Assembly (NCBI GenBank): GCA_017654855.1
Contig: CM030333.1
Location: forward strand, 3,844,001-3,908,000
Length of the DNA stretch: 64,000 nucleotides
Source of the DNA: Podospora anserina
Taxonomy: Eukaryota
Reading direction: 5' to 3'
Below the pieces are notes generated by a model. That model searched no databases and was not told the DNA's origin. It worked only from the letters and a program-made list of their open reading frames with translations. This document shows, one piece after another, positions 49,046-61,318 of the stretch. Made by a program: the position numbers and the translations under genes. Position 1 is the first letter of the stretch, and every line of letters begins with the position of its first letter.

Positions 49046-52000
49046 ATGGTAGGATCCCTTTCGACATAGGAAAACGCGGCCGGACGCTAACTGCCGCCAA
49101 TCCGCCTTTAGGCTCCGAAGGGACTCCGCCGGATCGCCCCAGCGCACGTCCCTGACAACACGACCATCGAGTACGTTGCACCGACCCAACGACTAAAGGC
49201 CTGTCTAATAGCATAGTATCATCGCAATCCACGGCTTGGGCACCGAGTCGCCGCGGACATGGGAGTTCAAGAAGAAAGGAAGAGGCGGGGTGGTGAGCTG
49301 GTTGTCGGACAGCGACATGCTGCCGGCAGCTCTACCTGAGGCCCGCATATTCACCTACGACTGGAACGCAAACTACTTCAAAGATGCACCCGTACAAACG
49401 CTGCTCGGCCATGCTGACACGCTGCTCAAACTTGTTTCCGAAGGCCGCGGTTCGCAAACGCGACCGATCATCTTCGTTGCTTCTTGTTTTGGGGGCCTTA
49501 TCCTGGCTGAGGTATGTCCCGATGGATTGACGGCGGACAGCGGTTAACATCCCTAGGCTGTTAATCGAGCGGCCCAGGAAGGCAGCGACTACCGACATAT
49601 TCTGCTTTCCACTGTCGGGATCGTTTTCCTCGCCACTCCGTTCCAGGGCAGCGATGCCGCCCAGCAGGCTCGGTGGCGGGTGCTGGTTGCCGGCATTATG
49701 GGAGAGCAAGCCTCCGACCAGCTCATACAAGACCTCGAGCAGGAACACAACTTCGTTCGCCAGCGTATCCAGAAATTCACCGAGATCGCGAATACCGAGG
49801 CGGTCCGACTGCCCCTGTATTGCTTCTTTGAAATAAAGGAGACAGAGATATTAAGAGCCATTCTACCACGAGGTTGGGCGAAGACGCTGACTGAGCGTGT
49901 ATTGAAGAAGATTGTACGTTAATTTTATCGCGATTCATAATGTAGCTGACGCAGGATAGCTTGTGACGGAGTCCTCGGCTTGCCTCCATGGTTTCCATCG
50001 TCAGGGGCTAGATGCAACCCATTCGGGCATGAACAAATTCGAGGGTCCAGAATGCCCCAACTTTAAACTCGTTAAAGATGCGATCAAGCAATTCGCTGAA
50101 AATGCACCTGCCGTTTTAACGCGGCGGAAGAACTGTGAGTTAAACCATCCCCTCTGAGCGGCTGCTACGGCTAGGATCCTACTAACATGATGAAGTACCT
50201 GGCAAGCGGCACTGGATTGTCCCGTTTGGACGTAACAAGGAATTTGTCGGCCGTGAAAAGATTCTCCAGGACCTTCTCGGGAGGATCCATCCTAGTGCAG
50301 ATAAGGATGACTGCCAGCGGACCGCAATCGAAGGCCTGGGAGGGGTGGGAAAGACGCAGGTCGCGCTCGAGGTTGCTTTTCGCGTCAGCAACGAGCACCC
50401 GAACTGCTCGGTCTTCTGGGTTCCCGCTGTGGATGTCACCAGTTTTGAGAACGCATACCGTGCTATCGGCCAGCAACTCACGGTGCCCAGGATCGATGAA
50501 GTGAATGCAGACGTCAAAGCACTTGTCAAGACAGCCTTGAGTCGTGAAAGTACGGGTAGCTGGCTTTTGATCATCGACAACGCTGATGACAGAAAGCTAC
50601 TCCTTAGCGACACTGCCCTTACCGACTATCTTCCATTTAGCCGGAAAGGATCTATTCTATTCACAACACGAAATCACGAAGTCGCGGTTAAGCTAGTGGG
50701 GCCTAAGAGTCACATTATCTCAGTTGAAGAAATGAGCAGAGACGAAGCCTTTAAGCTGTTGCAGAAAGGCTTGAAGGGAGATCAGATGCGTGATACGGCA
50801 AGCACTGTCGCGCTGCTGGAATTTCTTACCAATCTCCCTCTGGCGATACAGCAGGCGTCTGCTTACATGGCCGAGAAGCAGATCTCAACTACACAATACC
50901 TTGGACTGTGCAAGTCCAGTGACGAGGATATGATCGAGCTACTGAGCCGGGACTTTGAGGACCGACACCGATATCAGGGCATTCAAAACCCTGTCGCCAC
51001 AACTTGGCTGATTTCGTTCCGGCACATCTCAGATCACGACCCGCTGGCGGCGGACTACCTCAGGTTTATGTGCTTCCTAGCTGGGAAGGATATTCCGCAA
51101 TCTCTGCTGCCGCCGGCCGGGAGGCTAAGGACTGTTGACGCTATTGGGACTCTGAAGGCGTATGCATTTATCTCCCAACGGAAGGAGCCAGATACTTACG
51201 ACATCCATCGGCTGGTCCAAATATCGATGTTACGCTGGTTAGCCCAAAAGGGAGAGCGAAAGGAATGGACCGCCAAAGTGCTACAACGGCTTGATAATGT
51301 GTTTCCCTATCCGGATCACGGCAATAAAGAAGTATGGATGAGCTATCTTCCGCATACGCAACATATTTTGGAACTGCGGGAGAGGGCGGATAACGAGGAG
51401 GCGCCAACAGGTCTTCTGTCCAAAGTGGGCCAGAGCTTTTACAATTTAGGAAAATATAAGGAGGCCGAGCAGAGGCATCGGCAGACGCTACAGCTACATA
51501 AGAAGGTGTTGGGTAAGGAGCATCCCAACACACTTTCCAGCATGAACAACCTTGCGAGAGTGCTTAAGAGCCAGGGGAAGTACGAGGAGGCCGAGCAGAG
51601 GCATCGGCAGACGCTACAGCTACGTGAGAAGGTGTTGGGCAAGGAGCATCCTGACACACTTACCAGCATGAACAACCTTGCGAGTGTGCTCGATAGCCAG
51701 GGAAGTACGAGGAGGCCGAGCAGATGCATCGGCAAACGCTACAGCTACAAGAGAAGGTGTTGGGTAAGGAGCATCCCGGCACACTTTCCAGCATGAACAA
51801 CCTTGCGAGAGTGCTTAAGAGCCAGGGGAAGTACGAGGAGGCCGAGCAGAGGCATCGGCAGACGCTACAGCTACGTGAGAAGGTGTTGGGCAAGGAGCAT
51901 CCTGACACACTTACCAGCATGAACAACCTTGCGAGTGTGCTCGATAGCCAGGGGAAGTACGAGGAGGCCGAGCAGAGGCATCGGCAGACGCTACAGCTAT

Positions 52001-53807
52001 GTGAGAAGGTGTTGGGTAAGGAGCATCCCTACACACTTTCCAGCATGAACAACCTTGCGAGTGTGCTCGATAGCCAGGGGAAGTACGAGGAGGCCGAGCA
52101 GAGGCATCGGCAGACGCTACAGCTACATAAGAAGGTGTTGGGTAAGGAGCATCCCAACACACTTACCAGCATGAACAACCTTGCGCTTGTGCTCGATAGC
52201 CAGGGGAAGTACGAGGAGGCCGAGCAGAGGCATCGGCAGACGCTACAGCTACGTGAGAAGGTGTTGGGCAAGGAGCATCCTGACACACTTACCAGCATGA
52301 ACAACCTTGCGAGTGTGCTCGATAGCCAGGGGAAGTACGAGGAGGCCGAGCAGAGGCATCGGCAGACGCTACAGCTATGTGAGAAGGTGTTGGGTAAGGA
52401 GCATCCCTACACACTTTCCAGCATGAACAACCTTGCGAGTGTGCTCGATAGCCAGGGGAAGTACGAGGAGGCCGAGCAGATGCATCGGCAAACGCTACAG
52501 CTACAAGAGAAGGTGTTGGGTAAGGAGCATCCCGGCACACTTTCCAGCATGAACAACCTTGCGAGAGTGCTTAAGAGCCAGGGGAAGTACGAGGAGGCCG
52601 AGCAGATGCATCGGCAAACGCTACAGCTACAAGAGAAGGTGTTGGGTAAGGAGCATCCCGGCACACTTTCCAGCATGAACAACCTTGCGAGAGTGCTTAA
52701 GAGCCAGGGGAAGTACGAGGAGGCCGAGCAGAGGCATCGGCAGACGCTACAGCTACGTGAGAAGGTGTTGGGCAAGGAGCATCCTGACACACTTACCAGC
52801 ATGAACAACCTTGCGAGTGTGCTCGATAGCCAGGGGAAGTACGAGGAGGCCGAGCAGATGCATCGGCAAACGCTACAGCTACAAGAGAAGGTGTTGGGTA
52901 AGGAGCATCCTGACACACTTATCAGCATGAACAACCTTGCGGGTGTGCTCAATAGCCAGGGGAAGTACGAGGAGGCCGAGCAGAGGCATCGGCAGACGCT
53001 ACAGCTATATAAGAAGGTGTTGGGCAAGGAGCATCCTGACACACTTATCAGCATGAACAACCTTGCGGGTGTGCTCGATAGCCAGGGGAAGTACGAGGAG
53101 GCCGAGCAGATGCATCGGCAGACGCTACAGCTACGTGAGAAGGTGTTGGGCAAGGAGCATCCTGACACACTTACCAGCATGAACAACCTTGCGAGTGTGC
53201 TCGATAGCCAGGGAAGTACGAGGAGGCCGAGCAGATGCATCGGCAAACGCTACAGCTACAAGAGAAGGTGTTGGGTAAGGAGCATCCCGGCACACTTTCC
53301 AGCATGAACAACCTTGCGAGAGCGCTTAAGAGCCAGGGGAAGTACGAGGAGGCCGAGCAGAGGCATCGGCAGACGCTACAGCTACGTGAGAAGGTGTTGG
53401 GCAAGGAGCATCCTGACACACTTACCAGCATGAACAACCTTGCGAGTGTGCTCGATAGCCAGGGGAAGTACGAGGAGGCCGAGCAGATGCATCGGCAAAC
53501 GCTACAGCTACAAGAGAAGGTGTTGGGTAAGGAGCATCCCGGCACACTTTCCAGCATGAACAACCTTGCGAGAGTGCTTAAGAGCCAGGGGAAGTACGAG
53601 GAGGCCGAGCAGAGGCATCGGCAGACGCTACAGCTACGTGAGAAGGTGTTGGGCAAGGAGCATCCTGACACACTTACCAGCATGAACAACCTTGCGAGTG
53701 TGCTCGATAGCCAGGGGAAGTACGAGGAGGCCGAGCAGATGCATCGGCAAACGCTACAGCTACAAGAGAAGGTGTTGGGTAAGGAGCATCCCGGCACACT
53801 TGTGTAA
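49046..53807 (+). CDS. Fungal NLR: SesB-like alpha/beta-hydrolase, NB-ARC, highly conserved TPR array; two 1-bp deletions in the array; exons 49046-49048, 49112-49170, 49217-49511, 49557-49913, 49960-50134, 50196-53807
   Basis: [76 protein letters not shown] (P-loop), [31 protein letters not shown]; then [36 protein letters not shown] repeats. Confidence 0.92.
51449..53803 (+). repeat. Tandem array of about 19 near-identical 126-bp units encoding 42-aa TPR repeats
   Basis: Unit starts (GGGAAGTACGAGGAGGCCGAGCAG) recur at about 51449, 51575, 51700, 51826 ... 53589, 53715. Confidence 0.97.
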
Positions 53808-54479
53808 GAAAGTCGTGCGGTATGTTTGAGAGTGTTAAGTTTTCTATTCCAAGTATAAAGCACATTCGTTTGTTGCTTTACTCGCTCTTTTATATTCTGT
53901 CATGTTTTCTTTTCATCTCGTGCCACAAGAAAGGTCTCGGAGGACGAGTTACTATTAGGTCGTTTATTCTTGAAATACAGTACTTATTTGTGTATTTCAT
54001 AGTATGTTTTTGTTTGTGTATCCGAATCCTCATACGAAAGAACCCGGACCTTCGGAGAACACGGACATCAGCGGTGGCCTGGGACCTTGGAAACCATGGA
54101 CATCATCGATAGCCCGGAACTACGGAAACTGCGGCAGTGAAGGAATTGGAGGAAGCAAACACGGGGACTGGATGCTTATAACAGGCTCCTCTTGCAGCAC
54201 ATTCGAAGTATTCTGTTTTCTCTCTTGTTAAATCAAGCTATCAAGTCAAGGTTAATATACTGGTTTTCTACACTCTCTTTCAGAGCATAGTCCTCTGTTA
54301 TTAAGTTCCTACCATCTTATTCACAGTTCCCTATATCTTCCTCCTTACAGGGCACAGTTCCCTATATTTATCTTCCTTCAGTAGCATTGCACACCGTCGT
54401 ACAGCGCAGTCCAAGGAACCCTAGAGTTCTCAGGTTGTTGCTTCCACTTACTCGGCAGGACCTATTTAACTGGCCTGCC

Positions 54480-55560
54480 AGAGTTATAAGTCATAACATT
54501 TATTTTAGCATCTGGAGGTGGCCAGGGTCTACCCGAATGCTCCTTGTTGAGCAACCTTGAGGTGGGGAACCATCCACTCCCGTGCATCGTAACATCGGGC
54601 GGTACTTGTTAATAGATAACATTCGCAAGTGCTCCGAATTTATACAGCTCCAAGGCCAGCCCCATCATAGCTTCAATTCGTGAATGCTGCATATTCCTCC
54701 GTGTCGAGGACCCAGTTGTATGCCTCGTCGAGCAGCACGTCCTTCTTTTTCCGAATCTTCCTATGTCGTCCTGAGGATCTACCACGAAGAGGTCTTGGAG
54801 GTACCCTTCGTCGTTGTCAGTTTTGATGTGAGCAATAAGCTCTCGGATGTCCTAAATGATATCCCCGAGTGGCTTTTCCATTGCTTTGGCAGGCTTGACG
54901 AGTTAGCCCAATGCCTCCTTCGCCTGGAGCTTGTTGTACTGGTCCGAATCCCTCTGCAGGGCATCTTCCGCATCCGTGACAGCCTTCAGGGCGGCGTCCC
55001 AGTCGTCCCAGTTGGCAAGGCCACAGAGAAAAACGAGACCCTGGTGGCGGTAGTAGGAGCAGATGCTTTTTATCTGGTATGGGAGGAGGGCCTTGTAAAG
55101 CGCGACGATCCTCGCCTTTAGCTGGGGCAGGATCGATTCTAAAGACTCGTCGATGTGATCCTTCTCCAGGAGATATTCGGACGGGGCGTAATACCAATCC
55201 ATTCTAGAGATAATGTGGGCGGTACCGGCAAGGTTGGTTCTTGTTGCTCTTAGCTGTAGCCCAAGGAAAACACCGGTCCCTGGAAGCGCAGCCGATGCAG
55301 CTTGTGGCACGCTTTGGAGTACTAAGTCAACCATTGCCTCAGCGGATAGGACGAAACCAGCGAGGTCGCCAACCCCGGTACTTATCCTGGAAGCCTTGGA
55401 TATTTTCTGTTGATCCTTTTCAACCAACTCCCTCTATGTGCTTTTGTCGCGCGATTAGATCCTTCAGTTTGGCTCGGGGGTCGGCTGTGGAGGGCTTATC
55501 GGTCTGGCCGCCGAGAACTTTTTCCAGAATTTTCCCGTAGGACCCAACAAGATCTATATC
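54480..55560 (-). pseudogene. Relic of an NWD-type NLR (N-terminal NACHT_N/Goodbye-like domain and start of NACHT), convergent with the TPR NLR
   Basis: VPQAASAALP..GLQ, IISRMDWY, IVALYKALL.YQIKSICSYYR, DDWDAALKAV, then stops (54903; TGA 54673-54675) and frameshifts around YLQDLFVVDPQDD..LLDEAYNWVLDTEEYAAFTN*. Boundaries approximate. Confidence 0.8.
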
Positions 55561-56059
55561 CTCCAACTCAAGGCTGTCGTACGCGGCGTTCTATAGCCTC
55601 TCGGATGTGGAAATGGCAGGGGTTGGTTGCTGTAATGGCACTTGCGCGCAGCGCCCTAGTACCATCACCATATGTACACCACTGATCTGAGTCAAGCCGG
55701 TAAGCTTAACTCACCTGTAGCTTTTGATAGGAATCATAGTTGGTTTGGTGCAGTGGTCCTGCCTACCGTGACAGTTGCTCTGTAAACTCGGTTGTTGTTG
55801 ACTTGTATCGGGGCTCGCCGGGAAGATGGGCTTTTTGAACCACCCGCTGCCCCAGTTCGACATGTTTTCGGTAGAGATTACTTGAATAACGATACTTGCC
55901 GGGAAGAGGGATGCTATAGTAACAGCAGCGGCGACGAAATTTAACAGTGGCATTCTACGCGATTTTGCCATACGACGAACACCCACCTACCTATAAGGCG
56001 GAAGAAACCAATGTTGTGGTATCCGCTACGGATCGTTCAGGGCGGGCTCTTATTAAGCG

Positions 56060-56430
56060 GTTTGATGAACTGGACATCCAGTGGGATACCCTGGAGAGGC
56101 AGCTCCAGACATGATGTAGACTGTGTCGTACCGGGAAGAGGCTCAGAATTCAGATGTCGTTTAAATACGTCGATGCCAGTCGGTCGCGGAATACGACAAC
56201 GCGGCGGGGTCCCAAGCGAGTGTTTTCGTCCATCTCTGAACAGATGCTCTCCGAGCGAGCTATGCAGCTTGATTCCGAAGAAGCCCCCAGCCAGCCATCC
56301 ATTTGGCATGAAGTGTATAATCTGACGCGATGCCCAGGGCCGTCCTGCCACCTAGGACCATACTGCTGGCGTAACTATTGGAAACAGGCGCTACAAGTTG
56401 AAGACTTGCCACCTAAGAAGCCTCATTGAA
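56060..56430 (+). pseudogene. Fragment of a fungal hypothetical gene with a Cys/His motif
   Basis: QMLSERAMQLDSEEAPSQPSIWHEVYNLTRCPGPSCHLGPYCWR resembles a recurrent family I recall from fungal accessory DNA; the reading frame is broken on both sides. Confidence 0.5.
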
Positions 56431-56586
56431 TGCATATTTTCTTGCCACAGCCACTTCTGGTTGACGATCATTGTAATCTCCGTTGGTGTAATACTGTGTA
56501 TATCCTGCCGGGTACACAAGCGCGTGTGAGAGCACACGGTGTGGATGGTTAGATGCACAAATGGTCCGTCAGTGTCAGGCCAGTGC

Positions 56587-57240
56587 TGTGACAATAAATA
56601 TTATAATAACGCTTTAAACCTCTTTTATAATTATTAAATTAAAGGGCGAACAAATAACGACGGAGGTAAAAATATAATCGCTAAAAAGATATTAATATTC
56701 AGCGATAGCGTGCAGGTAATTACGGTAAAGATTAACCTATATACTATCGGAATTAAGGTAGTTTATAACGTTACAATAATAATTAATGCTTCATTAAATA
56801 TAAACCGCAAAGTATACTACTTAACTTATAAGTTCTATCGCTACTAGAGTTGGATATAATTATCTTCGACCCTAAGGCTAAGCTTTCGCGGGTAGGAGGA
56901 AACTACGCCGGTAGCTTGGGGGCCCTACTAAGCGTGACGACGTTTAGCATCCAGATCAACTATCGTAGGAGCAGCGCAGGTCGTGGGAATAGCGTAAGTT
57001 GTAGGAAGGGGCACAGGGACGACGAGCAGGTGTGAGCGGGAAAGTAAAGTATTAATCAAAGCGCGCAAGGACAGCGACAGGTAGGAGCGGGGAAGATAAG
57101 TATTGTCAGTCAAACAAGAGCCAAAAATACCGCACTGCCCTCTATCGGGCCAGAAATATGCCGGTTATAATGGGAGGCTGCGGCGTGAGATCAAGAGGGG
57201 TAAAGCCAACAAGACAGTGCGGTCAGTTACAATTACAGAA
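56587..57240. mobile_element. AT/TpA-rich degenerate repeat relic, probably RIP-mutated
   Basis: Abrupt shift to AT-rich, TA-dense, CA/TG-poor sequence (e.g. 56595-56850) with no credible ORF. Element family not identifiable. Confidence 0.5.
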
Positions 57241-57337
57241 AATAGTGGTGTTAAGCCTTTTGCAGAAACTAAAAACCTTTAGGTACTAACTCAGTGGAAA
57301 AGTAGGGCAAAAGTCATCCCGGAAGATAACATTGCGA

Positions 57338-57399
57338 TCAACTATTTAACTAGAAGAGCGGATGGGATCCCGTATTTTCAGTTGTCTATGGTCGTATGT
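57338..57399 (-). pseudogene. Truncated 5S rRNA copy (5' ~60 nt only)
   Basis: Reverse complement ACATACGACCATAGACAACTGAAAATACGGGATCCCATCCGCTCTTCTAGTTAAATAGTTGA aligns to the 5' half of the 5S at 35198, then diverges. Confidence 0.85.
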
Positions 57400-58948
57400 G
57401 ACGGTCTGGGCTTCAGTTATACCTTCCGCCAGAATCTGGTGAAGGTTCAGCTGAGAAAGGGGATTTCTTGGAATTGGGAAATGATTAGCAGCTTTCGTGG
57501 ATAGAAGTTCAGTGTTCAGGTTGTATCCAGTTGGAACAGACTATCGGAGCATCTTTGGCTCCTTCCCAAGCTCGGGTGCAGGTTTTTGGCTCGATGCTTC
57601 AACCTACCAGTATCTCTGCAATCTTTCTTCGGGAACAGTTTGCTGGTCCATCTGTGACAGATTGCAATGCACGCCCGTGGTGATGTTAGTCTGATGACCT
57701 GCCGAAGCTGTTCACCCTTCGAGCATGCTACCGTTGTCGAGATCATCACCAACCCCGGAGTTATCCTCCCGCATGCGTACCTCCCCCTACGAACAACTCC
57801 GGACCAAACCTCCTTACTTACCCACATCGAACGTAGGCCACTCCTTCAGTTGTGCAACCTCCGTTAGCGGGTGGCTTTCGCACACTAAACGCCTCAGCCC
57901 TACCTATCTGACGTGTGCAACAGTAAGTACCATACACATCAAGACGCCCCTTTTCTCCCAGCTATTATCCTTCCAAAACCACAAGCAGCTAAGTGCGAGG
58001 TCACCACTCGGCCTTTTCCGTGTGGATGTTGCCGCTAAACTACCGTCAACGGCGCAATAAACGTCCCACAACATATGCGGACCCGATCCCTCTCCCTCAT
58101 CGTCCATCTGACTGATTGATATCTGACAGAATTTCGGTGCCACAAATTTTGAACCAACGAGCCGGGTCAGGTCGTACACATCCCCAAGTCCACAGCTAAT
58201 TCGCCGACATTTTTCTCCAATCACTTCAAAGCAAAAGCAGGAGCAAGGTAAAGGACAAGTAGTAAGTCAATGTAAATTTTGTCAATTCTTTCGTCAAAGT
58301 TCTCCCCCTGACTATGGCAGGCCTAACCCCACCCCCTATTCCCATCCCTTGCCGAGTGAGCTCATGTCTCACTCTTACCCATCCGACCCTTTCGCAGCCC
58401 ACCATGATGTAAGCAGCCTCCCTGCCCGAGTTCTTTCCCTGCCCCATAGATGCTTTTGATGATTCAATTCCGTATGCAAGAAAGCAATTGATAGCCAAAA
58501 CCTGAAACCCCAAAAAGAAAAAGAAAATGTACAATTGCCCCAGCTACAAAGTAAAAAATGAAGGGAGAAAATATCTGGTATCTTTGATAGCGCACTGTTG
58601 GTGATAGCCTTCCTCTCCATGTTTTATGGGTATATAGGTAGAACGGCCCTGACGACATTATAGCTTTTCCCCTGAAAATATAGTAGTCCTCAACGCCTGG
58701 CGTGAGTGTGATGGTGATGGTGATGTTAAATTACAGGAATAGAAGAATGAAATAGGTCTGGTAAAAAAATGTGATAGGGTAAAACAATGTGCATTGAAGT
58801 GAAAAGGGTCAAAAGGAATGTTAAAAGGGGGTATCAAAGAAGATGAGTATGTGTTGGGTAAAAGATTGTATGCGGGTCGGTCGTAGCATCGTTACTCAAA
58901 TGAGCATGAGATCGTGTAATGCCAAAAAATAAGAAAATAAAGCAGAAA

Positions 58949-61318
58949 TTAGGGCTTGAACACCGCGTTGGTCAGAAAGAATTCTTCGCTGGCGGGTGTT
59001 GGCGTCACGATGGGTGATGTCGACGCAGTTGAGCAAGTAGTCGTGGTGGGAGGGGTTGAAGAGGAAGAAAGAGAGGACGAGGAGGTCTTGGACTCGAGTT
59101 TGGAGAAAGGGATAGCCATCCTGGCAGGAGAACTGCTCTTCAGGAACATCTGGCTGCCCCGAGTGCGATTCCACTTTTTCCTCTCGACATCAGAGACTGG
59201 GTCCTCCTTCGCCACGGACACTGCAGGCTCCTCCTTTACCACGGACACCACTGGCTCCTCCTTCGCAACGGCCTCTGTCCCACCCATGTTGCTAATCGTT
59301 TGCTCAACGTCGGCAAGGAGGGCATACACGTCATTGTCAGCGTAGATGCGAATCGTCTCCGCCCTTTTCAGGGTCGTGACAGACTCCCCAGTCTTCTCTT
59401 TGGCCGCCGCAGTCTCCTCGGTCAAGGGATCCTCCATGATGGTTGAAGGAACTTGAGCTACCACTCGCTGAGGAGAGGAGGAAGGCGGAGAGGAAGGCGA
59501 GGTTTGTGTGAAGGCAGTCTTCGTGGGGCTTCTCGGAGGAGTTGACATGCTGGTCGGGCAATTCAGGGGGCGAACTCCCATAGCGAGCTGCAGAGACTCG
59601 CTCACACTAGCAACGCCCGTGGGTGGGACGGCCAGGGTGGCTGCGGCGGCGACGTGCTCCAGAAGCTTCTGGCGGACCCGCATGCGCCGGTTCTCAGCGT
59701 GTTCGAGTTTGGTAACCCAGTCATCAATCGAAGCGTCAAGCTCAGCAAGGGCTTCCTCTTGCTTCAGCATCGAGTCGTGACTGAACTTGGCCGTCCGGGG
59801 TGATCGCAGATATTGGCAGATCCGAGTGTGTAGGTTGCGTCGTCCAGCACGAAGCGAGGTGTAGGTACGGCGAAGGTATTCAGTGCGCTCATCAAGCTGA
59901 CGAAGTTCTCTAGAGAGATTGTCGACGTCATCTTTTCTTAGTACCTCAAACCTAGCCGCCTGCTGAAGAGCTTGCTTGTGTAAAGCAGCTGCCTCAACAG
60001 GGCTAAGCATGTTGACCGCATCACTTGCCTTCCACCCTTTGGGTAGTTGCTCAAATGCTCGTCGCTCCGCACTGGAGCTTCTCTTGGATTCTCCTCGCCG
60101 CGACATAGCGCGAAGAGTGAGATCCGACCGCTTCCGCGGCCGACCTCTCTCCATGATACTTCCTGTATCCGACACATTTCTGGTATGGCCTTGGGAAACT
60201 TGTGGTGTTTCGTCATTGGGTTCGGCCTTTGGCGTGGCCGAGGGATCCGGTGAGCCTTCTTTGGGGGTCCCGACAAGCGCATAGTTCGTAACACGTTCCC
60301 ATGGTCTGGGTGATGATCGATGCTCGATGGGAGCGGACATGGGAGCGGATACAGGTGTGGGGAGCGTCGAGTTGGTCATGGCGGTAGTGGCGGCCGATGC
60401 AGGTGTCAAGGCAGCTGAACAGGGGGTGAAGGGAGTCTTGATTCTTGGGGAGTCATCCGTCCTCGCCGACCGTAGTGGCATGTCCACAGGTGTGCTGCCC
60501 GATCGAAGCCGATTGAGTGAGGCCTGTTGTGTTAAACGAGGAACTGCTGATGTTGAAGCTGGAATAACCAGAGGCGTGAGACTTTTTGGCGATAATGGTT
60601 GCCGGAGTTCTCCGTGGCTCCTAAATCCACCTCGAAGTTCGTGTTTTTGTTCCGGAGATTGCTCCAACGTTGGTGACAGGAAGTCGACCATCTGGTTCTG
60701 CTTCCACGATGCTCCCGGTGCGCTAATCGAGCGCTCATGGAAAGGTGGTCGGCCTGGAATCGTGGCTATGGTGGGGTTAGTCCAAGCACATGAAAGCACT
60801 CGTGTTGGTTGGGAATGGTAACATACGGGAATCCATGGCCACTTCTTGTACGGTTGTCATAGGTCCCAAATCCGGGACGCTAACCTTTCGTCTGCGGATG
60901 AGGTTGTGTTCCTTGATCCGTATCCTGAGCCCTGCCGCGGCAGGAGTTTTTTCGCCCTTCTCCCCGTTTTGTAACATGGCCAACGCAAACGCTTGCTCGG
61001 GGTCCAGAGCCTTCCCAGGGCAAGTAGCTACTTGCCTCTCTTTAGGGAAGAGCTGGTATTTCCTCTCTGTCGTCTGCTGCATTCTCCACGCAAATGGTTT
61101 GATCTCACCAGATGAGGTAGTGTTTAGCTGTGTCTCGACGTGTAAGCTCACAGCCAATGCCACGACAAGGGAGGGAATTATGTTTGGGGGTTAAAGTGGC
61201 TGCATACCGAATCATTGGAAGCTTGCGGGGTGACTGCTTTTGATATAGTGTTGAGGCTAAGTGAAAGGTCGTCCGAGTCGGAACCAGAACCGCCCAAGCA
61301 GTTGGCAATGTGAGCCAT
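58949..61318 (-). CDS. Up-regulated-during-septation (Uds1)-domain coiled-coil protein; exons 61318-61208, 61127-60827, 60765-58949
   Basis: RKYQLFP, RRRKVSVPDLGPMTTVQEVAMDSPTIPGRPP, QAARFEVL..LSRELRQLDER, QEEALAELDASIDDWVTKLEHAENRRMRVRQKLLEHVAA, IRIYAD; introns keep the frame. Confidence 0.85.

Noticed and set aside
51449-53803. Regular repeat array considered as CRISPR-like
   Set aside because: Units are contiguous 126-bp coding TPR repeats with no unique spacers, in a eukaryotic gene.
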